64,000 nucleotides of DNA from Burkholderiales bacterium. Lineage in GTDB: Bacteria; Pseudomonadota; Gammaproteobacteria; Burkholderiales; JAHFRG01. A program made the translations under genes and the position numbers. The notes below the pieces were generated by a model, which was given only the letters and a program-made list of their open reading frames with translations, was not told the DNA's origin and did not search any database. Below, piece after piece: positions 35,417 through 43,185 of this stretch; position 1 is the stretch's first letter; the number at the start of each line of letters is the position of its first letter. Where the stretch lies: assembly GCA_035543335.1 (NCBI GenBank), contig DASZZH010000028.1:16392-80391 (forward strand). The letters are read 5' to 3'.

Positions 35417-36067
35417 ATGACTAATCGTTACCAAGCCCATGGGATTGAGGCGGAAATCGAACCTGACTCACGCAGGCGGGTGTTGCGAAACCTTCTGGGT
35501 ATCACGCGCGTACGGGACATGCAGGCTGCGGAATCGCAGGCGCTGCATCTTGCACAGGCGCAGGCAATAGAGACTGTGTCTGATAACCAGCGATTTACCG
35601 CAGCCGATATTTGTCGGCTGCATAGGCTGTGGCTCGGTCCGATTTACGCTTGGGCCGGGGAGTACCGTACCGTGAATCTCGGCAAGGGAGGATTTCAGTT
35701 TGCCAATGCAGAGTTGATCCCCGCGTTGATGGAAGAACTGGAGCGTAAGGTACTGCAAAAGTACACGCCGTGTTTAGCGGCACCCGATGAGGCCATTGCC
35801 GAAGCACTAGCCATCGTGCATGCTGAGCTGGTCCTGGTTCATCCGTTTCGTGACGGCAACGGGCGATTGGCACGGCTGCTCGCGCTTCTCATGGGACTTC
35901 AGGCAGGATTACCACCGCTGGATTTTTCGTCCCTGGACGGGCGCGGCAAGCGTCTTTACATCGCGGGAATCCACGCCGCGATGGGGCACGACTACAGCAC
36001 GTTGATCGGGATGTTCCGAAGAGTTATCGACCGGACTTGGAAGCGTGTTTCTTCCAATAGTCGATAA
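35417..36067 (+). CDS. fic: Fic-domain protein (AMPylase-type toxin)
   Basis: 216 aa; Fic motif HPFRDGNGRLARLL; about 55-60% identical by eye to the 31939 paralog. Confidence 0.9.
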   Translation: MTNRYQAHGIEAEIEPDSRRRVLRNLLGITRVRDMQAAESQALHLAQAQAIETVSDNQRFTAADICRLHRLWLGPIYAWAGEYRTVNLGKGGFQFANAELIPALMEELERKVLQKYTPCLAAPDEAIAEALAIVHAELVLVHPFRDGNGRLARLLALLMGLQAGLPPLDFSSLDGRGKRLYIAGIHAAMGHDYSTLIGMFRRVIDRTWKRVSSNSR

Positions 36068-36215
36068 GGGCTTGCGCCGTGGGTGGTTGCCAGGCGTGCG
36101 GGCCGAAGGGATGGCGGATGCCTTCGATCGCAGAGGAAGTCTTAGCCGATACCCAAAGGGCTGCCTTGGCTTGGCCGGGAGACCTCAGGAATCGATTGGA
36201 TTTTGCGAGCTTCAT
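36024..36215 (-). CDS. VbhA-like Fic antitoxin candidate (convergent; 44-nt 3' overlap with fic)
   Basis: Likely start M32 of the track ORF (36215): MKLAKSNRFLRSPGQAKAALWVSAKTSSAIEGIRHPF... with the (S/T)xxxE(G/N) motif. Confidence 0.55.
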   Translation of the reverse strand: MKLAKSNRFLRSPGQAKAALWVSAKTSSAIEGIRHPFGPHAWQPPTAQALIDYWKKHASKSGR

Positions 36216-36291
36216 AATAAATATTTTACCCTTCATGGAGTGAAATGACCACTCTGATTGAGCCTCTGCGGCAGATTCGCATGGGCAGCCT

Positions 36292-36354
36292 ATGAATACC
36301 GCGACCATCGTCCAAAAGCTCTGGAACTACTGCAACGTCCTGCGTGACGCGGGT
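36292..36354 (+). pseudogene. 5' fragment (~21 codons) of a type I R-M methyltransferase gene (hsdM-like)
   Basis: MNTATIVQKLWNYCNVLRDAG matches the conserved HsdM N-terminal motif (…VQKLWNxCNxLRDDG…); the sequence then degenerates. Confidence 0.6.
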
Positions 36355-36423
36355 CCGTTCGGTTTTGCTGGATCATCGGAAGTATCGAGTTGCGAGCAGT
36401 TCAATAAGGTAGCCAAATGACCC

Positions 36424-36506
36424 GCCAGCATCCGCTCTGCAGTCGCATCCCGCAGGCGGGTCCCTGCTCCACGCTTCGCGGCGCAAGAATTCGCTACGGC
36501 GACTAC
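36424..36506 (+). repeat. R3.3: diverged third copy of the leader element
   Basis: ccagcatccgctctgcagtcgcatcccgcaggcgggtccctgctccacgcttcgcggcgcaagaattcgctacggcgacta. Confidence 0.6.
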
Positions 36507-36542
36507 GTCGAGCAGCGCGTCCATAATGTTCCTCGTGCCGGC

Positions 36543-36646
36543 GTGAGAATATGACAGACATTGAAATCATCACATCGCAGACAAAACCTACCGAAGGGAT
36601 GGTGACGCTCACCCATGTCATCTACGCCCTACACGCTTTCAGCGCA
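36543..36646 (+). repeat. R2.5: truncated copy of the membrane-protein gene 5' end
   Basis: gtgagaatATGacagacattgaaatcatcacatcgcagacaaaacctaccgaagggatggtgacgctcacccatgtcatctacgccctacacgctttcagcgca. Confidence 0.85.
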
Positions 36647-36731
36647 CTAAATACTCAGGGGGCCGAGTAATATCGTAGTCGCTTCAAATATAAATCGTCT
36701 CTGACCGCCAGTAATCCTTCCGAGCGCGGCG

Positions 36732-37526
36732 CTAGTCTGCGGTATAGCCTTGGATCTCGGTCTGGGTGTAGCGCATTTGTTCTTCCATGACCAATTTCGA
36801 CAGTTCCTTTTTCAGCGCGTTGAATTCCGCGCTCGCACTGTCGCGCGGGCGCGGCATCGCGATACGCACGTCGCGCTTGATGGTGCCGGGCCGGTAAGTC
36901 ATCACCGCCACGCGGTCGGCCAGGTAAACGGATTCTTCGATGCTGTGAGTGACGAAGACGATGGTTTTCCGGTACTCGTCCCAGATGCGCAGCAATTCGT
37001 CTTGCAAGGTGTGGCGGGTCAAGGCGTCGAGCGCGCCGAAAGGCTCATCCATCAGCATGATCGGCGAGTCGAGCGCCAGCACGCGGGCGATCGCCACACG
37101 CTGGTTCATGCCGCCGGAGAGGTCCTTGGGAAAACGCTCGCGAAACTCGTAGAGGTTGAGTTTGCGCAGGAGCCTGTCCACTTTCCCGTTCATTTCTGCC
37201 TTGGGCAAGCGCTTTATCTCGAGGCCGAAGCGGATGTTCTGCGCTACCGTCATCCAGGGAAACAAGGCGTATTCCTGAAACACCATGCCGCGGTCGGGGC
37301 CCGGAAACCTGGCGGCATCCGCCCTGCCGTTGATGGCGATGCTGCCGCTGGTCGGGGGTGAAAAACCGGCGATGGCATTGAGCAGGGTGGATTTGCCGCA
37401 GCCCGACGGCCCCAGCAGACAAACGAACTCGCCCTCTCCGACATCAAGATTGATGTCTTTCAGCGCAATGACTTCACCCCCCGGGACCGGAAAACTCTTA
37501 TTGACGTTTTCGATATGGATGAACAT
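36732..37526 (-). CDS. ABC transporter ATP-binding protein (nitrate/sulfonate/taurine NitT family)
   Basis: 264 aa; Walker A GPSGCGKST, signature LSGGMNQRVAIARVLA, Walker B IMLMDEPFGALD. Confidence 0.9.
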   Translation of the reverse strand: MFIHIENVNKSFPVPGGEVIALKDINLDVGEGEFVCLLGPSGCGKSTLLNAIAGFSPPTSGSIAINGRADAARFPGPDRGMVFQEYALFPWMTVAQNIRFGLEIKRLPKAEMNGKVDRLLRKLNLYEFRERFPKDLSGGMNQRVAIARVLALDSPIMLMDEPFGALDALTRHTLQDELLRIWDEYRKTIVFVTHSIEESVYLADRVAVMTYRPGTIKRDVRIAMPRPRDSASAEFNALKKELSKLVMEEQMRYTQTEIQGYTAD

Positions 37527-37538
37527 CGCCGCTATCCA

Positions 37539-38366
37539 TTAATTCTGGTCGATACCGCGGTGCCACTTGAGCAGCCAGTTGTTCAGGCCGTTCATGAAGA
37601 AGTCGATACCCAGCCCGAGCAAGCCGATGGTGAACATTCCCGCGATGATCTTGTCCGACCACAAGTATTCGCGAGCCTCAAGGATGCGGTAGCCGAGACC
37701 GCTGTTCACCGCGATCATCTCCGCGACAATCACCACGATGAACGCCGTGCCGATGCCGATGCGCATGCCGGTGAGAATGTACGGCATTGCCGCCGGCACG
37801 ATCACCCGGCGGAACAGGGTCATCTGGCCTGCGCCCAGATTGCGCGCCGCGCGCAGATAGATTCCGTCCACGTGCCGCACGCCCGCAATGGTATTCATCA
37901 ACACCGGAAAGAAAGCACCGATGCTGATCAGGAAAAAAGCCGGCGGGTTGCCCAGACCAAACCAGAGGATGGCAAGGGGTATATAAGCGATGGGTGGAAT
38001 GGGCCGCAGCACTTGTACCAGCGGATTGAACAAGCCGTAAAGCTTGTTGCTGGCACCCATCAGCAGACCGAGGGGCAGCGCAAGCAGCGTGCCGATCAGG
38101 AACCCGCCCACCACTCGCGACAGGCTTGCGAGAGCGTCGTGCGGCAGCTCGCCCGAAACCAGCCACAAGGCGTAACTGCCTCCGCTGTAAGAAGCAGTGG
38201 GCCGCAAGTACTCCCACCACTTGGCAACCACCTGCGTAGGTGACGGCAGTATCTGCGGGTTGACCCAGCCGCTCATCGCCAAGAACTGCCACAGCGCCAA
38301 GACCGCAACGGGAATGACGACACCCCTGGCGAAGTTCAGGATGCCTCTGAAATAAGCTACTCCCAT
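37539..38366 (-). CDS. ABC transporter permease (SsuC/TauC-like)
   Basis: 275 aa, multi-TM, binding-protein-dependent transport inner-membrane pattern; sits between the ATPase and the binding protein. Confidence 0.88.
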   Translation of the reverse strand: MGVAYFRGILNFARGVVIPVAVLALWQFLAMSGWVNPQILPSPTQVVAKWWEYLRPTASYSGGSYALWLVSGELPHDALASLSRVVGGFLIGTLLALPLGLLMGASNKLYGLFNPLVQVLRPIPPIAYIPLAILWFGLGNPPAFFLISIGAFFPVLMNTIAGVRHVDGIYLRAARNLGAGQMTLFRRVIVPAAMPYILTGMRIGIGTAFIVVIVAEMIAVNSGLGYRILEAREYLWSDKIIAGMFTIGLLGLGIDFFMNGLNNWLLKWHRGIDQN

Positions 38367-38375
38367 GACCCGCCT

Positions 38376-39350
38376 TTACTTGACCTTCAACTCGGCCTTG
38401 GCTTTTTCCAGCAGGTCGAGCTTCACCCAATCTTTCGCCGCCGGGGCATTGGCGCCCATCTTGCCCACGCCATATTTCTGCATCAGATCAGTGGTGATCT
38501 GGACGTGCTCGACCGTGAGATCATAGGTGTAGGGCGAATTAGCAATCGCATCTTTGAAGTCCTGCGAGGTGATCTGATTCTTAAACATTTGCTCGCGCAC
38601 GTACTTCTCGGCCACCTCCGGCTTCGCGATGAACAAGGCCGTAGCCTCGACGAATACGTTAAGCAGCTTCTGCGCCACCTGCGGGCGTTCCTTGTAAAGC
38701 TTCTCGGTGATCACGAGAGAACGGATCGGCTCGCCCATGGGCGTGTCGTAAGGCTTAATCACCTCTATACCGAACCCCTTGTTGATAGCCTGGGAGGACT
38801 GAGGTTCGGATTGGCACATGGCGTCGATGTCCTTGCCCAGCAGCGCCTGGTTGAGATCGGCGTAGGCAAGGTAAACGATTTGCACGTCCTTGCCCGGCTT
38901 TTCCGACCAAGTGAGCCCCGCCTTGCTTAGCTCGGCGAAGAGCAGCAGCTCGTGCGCACCGCCGCGCGCGACTCCCACTGTCCTGCCTTTCAGGTCGGCC
39001 ACTGATTTGATCGCCAAGTCGCTGCGAGCGACGATCCGCGCGCCGCCCTTGGCGAAGCCGGCGACGGCATAAATCGGCACACCCTGCGTGCGCCCCGCAA
39101 TCGCCCCATCCAGCGCGCTCGCCGCGGCATCAATCTCACCGGCAATAATGGCCGGCAAGATGTCGATGCCCTTCGCGAACATGCGTTCTTCGATTTTGAG
39201 CCCGTATTTGGGCGCGATCTCCTTCATATAGGAAACCGCACCGTAGTGAGCAAACTTCAGATTGCCTAATCGGACTACATCTTCAGCCGATGCGTTACCC
39301 GCCGTCACGGCGCCGCATACCAGCAGCGCCCACCCCATTTTTCTCAACAT
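38376..39350 (-). CDS. Periplasmic substrate-binding protein (SsuA/TauA/NMT1-like)
   Basis: 324 aa with signal peptide MLRKMGWALLVCGAVTAGNASA; operon context. Confidence 0.8.
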   Translation of the reverse strand: MLRKMGWALLVCGAVTAGNASAEDVVRLGNLKFAHYGAVSYMKEIAPKYGLKIEERMFAKGIDILPAIIAGEIDAAASALDGAIAGRTQGVPIYAVAGFAKGGARIVARSDLAIKSVADLKGRTVGVARGGAHELLLFAELSKAGLTWSEKPGKDVQIVYLAYADLNQALLGKDIDAMCQSEPQSSQAINKGFGIEVIKPYDTPMGEPIRSLVITEKLYKERPQVAQKLLNVFVEATALFIAKPEVAEKYVREQMFKNQITSQDFKDAIANSPYTYDLTVEHVQITTDLMQKYGVGKMGANAPAAKDWVKLDLLEKAKAELKVK

Positions 39351-39526
39351 ATATTCTCCTTTGGCTCAAGCCAGCGCGAGTTTGGCATTATTTTACAACT
39401 TTATGTTCTTTTGGCCCAACCGCCCGCGGAAGCGCGGCTCAATATAAGGCGATGAAAAAGCAAATTATGGGGCTAGAGTCATTTTCTTGAGTGACATTTT
39501 CGCAGTGGAGTGAGAACATAACAGAC

Positions 39527-39931
39527 ATGGGCATCGACATACCGCAGTCAAAACCTACCGAGGGGATGGTGACGCTCACCCATGTCATCTACGGCCTTCA
39601 CGCCTTCAGCGCGCTGATGGGGATGCTCGGGCCGGCGTTTATCGTGACGGCGTTTCTCACCGGCTGGCCGTCCATCATCGCGGTCATCATCAATTACGCG
39701 AGGCGCTCGGACGTACGCGGCACGTATCTCGATTCGCACTTCGGCTGGCAAATCCGCACTTTCTGGTATGCGCTGTTGTTAGTGGTGATCGTAGGAGTAC
39801 TCATCTTCACCGTCCTCGGCATCCCGTTTGCCTGGATGCTGGCCATTATCGCCGGACTCTGGGTGATTTACCGCATCACCCGCGGCTGGATCGCGCTCAT
39901 CAACAGCGAGCCGATGCCGGTGCCGAGCTAG
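39527..39931 (+). CDS. Small integral membrane protein (COG3671/DUF4870-like, tentative); resident copy whose 5' end is repeated five times upstream
   Basis: Track ORF starts at GTG 39491; ATG 39527 preferred by analogy with the repeat copies. MGIDIPQSKPTEGMVTLTHVIYGLHAFSALMGMLGPAFIV...YLDSHFGWQIRTFWYALLL..., 3-4 TM helices. Confidence 0.6.
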   Translation: MGIDIPQSKPTEGMVTLTHVIYGLHAFSALMGMLGPAFIVTAFLTGWPSIIAVIINYARRSDVRGTYLDSHFGWQIRTFWYALLLVVIVGVLIFTVLGIPFAWMLAIIAGLWVIYRITRGWIALINSEPMPVPS

Positions 39932-39949
39932 CAGAACGTCGCGCAGCTT

Positions 39950-40558
39950 TTACTTAATCAGCCCTTCCGCTTTCATCGTTTTCTGCACCGTCGGGCGGGC
40001 GGCGACGCGGGCCATGTAGTCCTTGAGTTTCGGCCACTTCCCCATATCGATCTTGTGCAAGTTGGTCCAGTTGAGCACCGTGAAGAGGTAGGCGTCCGCC
40101 ACGCTGAACTTGTCGCCCATCACGTACTGCTTGCCGTCGAGCGCCGCCGTGAGGTAGTCGAAGCGCCGGCCGACCAGGGCGAGCTGAGCTTCTTTCCACT
40201 CCGGCGTCATCTTCGGGTTGAAGAACGCGCCGAGGGATTTGTGGACTTCCGTCGCGATGAAGTTCACCCATTCCATCAGGCGGTAGCGGTCCATGGTGCC
40301 GGCCTTGGGCGCGAGGCCCGACTCGAGCTTCCGGTCCGCGAGGTATTGAATGATGACGCCGACTTCGGTGAGCACCTGCCCATCATCGAGCTTGAGGGCG
40401 GGCACGTAGCCTTTCGGATTGGTCTTCCGGTAATCCTCTCCGCCGGCGGTTTTCATCGCGGCAAAGTCGACCTTATCCAAATCGAAGTTGTAGCCCGCTT
40501 CGCGCAGGACGATGTGCGGGGCCATCGAGCAGGCGCCCGGATAGTAGTAGAGCTTCAT
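39950..40558 (-). CDS. gst: Glutathione S-transferase
   Basis: 202 aa; MKLYYYPGACSMAPHIVLREAG...VPALKLDDGQVLTE. Confidence 0.9.
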   Translation of the reverse strand: MKLYYYPGACSMAPHIVLREAGYNFDLDKVDFAAMKTAGGEDYRKTNPKGYVPALKLDDGQVLTEVGVIIQYLADRKLESGLAPKAGTMDRYRLMEWVNFIATEVHKSLGAFFNPKMTPEWKEAQLALVGRRFDYLTAALDGKQYVMGDKFSVADAYLFTVLNWTNLHKIDMGKWPKLKDYMARVAARPTVQKTMKAEGLIK

Positions 40559-40793
40559 GTGTGTTTCCTTTCTTTCTGATGTTTACAAGGGATGGGCTGT
40601 CGCCGGAATTGACGCTGGTCAAGGTCGGCAGGAACCGGTAAATTTGTCGTCATCAGTTTAACGCATTTATGCGGCAGGCTTTTTATTTGCCGATTGAGCG
40701 CCGCAAAGCTAAACTCACATTGTATCTTCGCTGATCTTACGGAACGAAACGGGACGCGTTAAACTCTTAGAGAACACGTAAAGCCAGGAGTTC

Positions 40794-41606
40794 TTGCTCA
40801 TGAGAGATCCGATCAAGTGGACAGTTGTCGTTCTCGGGTTGGCTGGTGTTGTGGCCATTTTTTACCCTCGCTGGTACAGCCAAGTGCCGGAGCCGCAGGT
40901 TGAACCTCCGGTGCATACCGAAACGCAGCCGGTGCCGGAAACCAAAGCCAAACCGCAGATACTGCATCCGATTGCGGAGGCCGGGGAGCCGGGTAACGAA
41001 GTAAAGCCCCTGCCTGCGCTGAGTGAGAGCGATGCGGCGATGCAGGAATCGCTGGCGGGCTTGGTTGGGCAAAAAACGCTTACGGAGTTTTTCTACCTGA
41101 ATGACATCATCCGCCGCATTGTCGCCACGGTTGACAATCTGCCGCGCGCAAAAGTGGCTTTGCGGCTGATGCCCGTCAAGCCGGTCGCAAGGAAATTTCT
41201 GGTGACCGGCGAAGAGGATAATTTCGTTCTCAACCCGGACAATTATTCGCGCTATGCGCCTTACGTCCGGCTGGCAGAGGCCGTGAGCGTCAAAAAGCTC
41301 GTCGCGGTCTACGTCCGTTTTTATCCGTTGTTTCAGCAGGCGTATAAAGACCTGGGATATCCATCCGGGTACTTCAACGACCGCCTGGTTGAGGTCATCG
41401 ACCATCTGCTTGCTGCGCCGGAGGTGCAGGGACCGGTCAAGCTGGTCCAGCCGCGTGTCATGTATCAGTTCGCGGATCCTGAGTTGGAGGCGCTTTCGGC
41501 CGGACATAAGATTTTGGTTCGGATGGGCAGCGAGAATGCCGCCGGGATCAAGGCAAAGCTCAAGGAAATCCGGCCGGAGCTGACCGGCCAGGAATTGAAG
41601 CAGTAG
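40794..41606 (+). CDS. DUF3014-like membrane-anchored protein
   Basis: 270 aa; N-terminal TM helix; ...NDIIRRIVATVDNLPR...YPLFQQAYKDLGYPSGYFNDRLVEVIDHLL resembles DUF3014 (from memory). Confidence 0.55.
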   Translation: MLMRDPIKWTVVVLGLAGVVAIFYPRWYSQVPEPQVEPPVHTETQPVPETKAKPQILHPIAEAGEPGNEVKPLPALSESDAAMQESLAGLVGQKTLTEFFYLNDIIRRIVATVDNLPRAKVALRLMPVKPVARKFLVTGEEDNFVLNPDNYSRYAPYVRLAEAVSVKKLVAVYVRFYPLFQQAYKDLGYPSGYFNDRLVEVIDHLLAAPEVQGPVKLVQPRVMYQFADPELEALSAGHKILVRMGSENAAGIKAKLKEIRPELTGQELKQ

Positions 41607-41669
41607 CGCGGAATTGAACAGTCAGCCCGCAGCATCCGTGTTCGTGAATTGCTGGGTGGCAACCAGAGT

Positions 41670-41987
41670 TCAGATTCCAGTAAAAACCAAGTCGAGCGCA
41701 GCGATGATTGCGTTGCGTTGGCTTGAAAGATTGTCAATCCGCTTACCGAGAATTTTTGCCGGCACGCCCGCCAGTTCGGGTGTCAGCATCATTAGTCTCT
41801 TTCCCTCAATTTCATATACAGGATTAAGTCGATCTGCTGCCTTACCCTTGAGTACATCGGGTTTGCAAAGCGGGACGACAACCCGCGTCGCCAGCGGCTC
41901 GCGCAAATCCAACTGAACATCGAGCAGGTAGGGAATGCGGGCGCGGGTTGCGGGATTCGAGTTGCGGTAGACGTCAAACTGCGCCAT
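41670..41987 (-). CDS. ccdB: CcdB-family toxin (gyrase poison)
   Basis: 105 aa; [25 protein letters not shown]...RVVVPL...LNPVYEIEGKRLMMLTPELAGVP. Confidence 0.88.
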   Translation of the reverse strand: MAQFDVYRNSNPATRARIPYLLDVQLDLREPLATRVVVPLCKPDVLKGKAADRLNPVYEIEGKRLMMLTPELAGVPAKILGKRIDNLSSQRNAIIAALDLVFTGI

Positions 41988-42235
41988 TAAAACGAACGCA
42001 ATCCATCGCTGAATACGCCGTGCTTGTCAACGTATTCGTTGTAAGCTTCGATTGCGGCACGGTTTTTCTTCAGCCATTCCTCGCGCTGGCGCTGGCGGAT
42101 GGCTTCGCTCAGGCCGGTCTCGAATATCTGCGACTGGTTGAGCTTGAGGCGCTTGGCCCTTTCCAGCAGGTCGATGTCGACGCTGAGGTTCGCTGCTTTT
42201 TTGCGCGAGCGTAGAGCGCGGGTTCGGGTGAGCAT
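41987..42235 (-). CDS. ccdA: CcdA-family antitoxin
   Basis: Likely start M11 (42235); ...[55 protein letters not shown]; 1-nt overlap with ccdB. Confidence 0.8.
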   Translation of the reverse strand: MLTRTRALRSRKKAANLSVDIDLLERAKRLKLNQSQIFETGLSEAIRQRQREEWLKKNRAAIEAYNEYVDKHGVFSDGLRSF

Positions 42236-42353
42236 GGGGGGCAATCCACTACTGTTTATGCGCATAGTCTATGCGCATTCCGGGCTGTATGTAATCCTGA
42301 ACATTTCTGCCGCTGGAGTCCCGTATAATGCGGCCATCACGGCCGGAGGATCC

Positions 42354-43178
42354 ATGGATTTTGTATTGCTGTTGAAAGCCCTGATTCTGGGAGTGGTCGA
42401 GGGCCTCACTGAATTTCTCCCTGTCTCCAGCACCGGTCACTTGATTCTCGTCGGCGAGCTGCTCGATTTCAACGACGAGAAAGGCAAGGTGTTTGAAATC
42501 GCCATCCAGCTCGCGGCCATACTCGCGGTGTGCTGGGAATACCGCGCAAAACTTGTTGAGGTGATTGTCGGCTTGCCATCCAAACCCGCCGCGCAGCGCT
42601 TCGCGATGAATTTGTTCATTGCTTTCCTGCCTGCCGCAATTCTTGGCCTTCTGTTCATCAAGACCATCAAGCAGCATTTGTTTCACGCGGTGCCGGTGGC
42701 GCTGGCGTTTATCATCGGCGGGTTGATTATTCTCTGGGTCGAGCGCAGGAAGCATGAGATTCGGATTCAGGGAGTGGACGAATTGCGCTGGCAAGATGCG
42801 CTGAAAATCGGTTTCGCCCAAGCGCTCGCTTTGATTCCCGGCACTTCGCGCTCGGGCGCGACCATTATCGGCGGATTGTTTTTCGGCCTGTCGCGCCGTG
42901 CGGCGACTGAGTTTTCATTTTTCCTTGCCATTCCCACCATGTTCGCCGCCACGTTTTACGATGTGTACAAGCATCGCGATTTGCTCAATGGCGGTGATTT
43001 TGGCATGTTTGCGGTAGGTCTTGTTGCTTCGTTCGTGAGCGCCTTCTTCGCGGTGCGCGGGCTGTTGCGCTACATCAGCACTCACGACTTCAGCGTGTTC
43101 GCCTGGTACCGGATTGGATTCGGTCTGGTGGTCCTGGCCACTTCCTATAGCGGTCTGGTGAACTGGTCAGCAAGTTAA
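42354..43178 (+). CDS. uppP: Undecaprenyl-diphosphate phosphatase
   Basis: Start at M86 of the track ORF (42354): [30 protein letters not shown]...[10 protein letters not shown]. Confidence 0.9.
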   Translation: MDFVLLLKALILGVVEGLTEFLPVSSTGHLILVGELLDFNDEKGKVFEIAIQLAAILAVCWEYRAKLVEVIVGLPSKPAAQRFAMNLFIAFLPAAILGLLFIKTIKQHLFHAVPVALAFIIGGLIILWVERRKHEIRIQGVDELRWQDALKIGFAQALALIPGTSRSGATIIGGLFFGLSRRAATEFSFFLAIPTMFAATFYDVYKHRDLLNGGDFGMFAVGLVASFVSAFFAVRGLLRYISTHDFSVFAWYRIGFGLVVLATSYSGLVNWSAS

Positions 43179-43185
43179 GACGCCG

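Noticed and set aside
31632-36646. Classical integron cassette array (TA cargo, ~1-kb spacing, ~100-bp repeats)
   Set aside because: The window has no intI, attI or Pc. The repeats lack the R''/R' core (RYYYAAC...GTTRRRY) and are homologous to the promoter/5' end of a resident gene rather than being attC-type palindromes. An imperfect internal dyad exists (tcatcacctcg...cgaggggatggtga) but is weak. The case is kept as a finding of an unclassified cassette-like arrangement instead.
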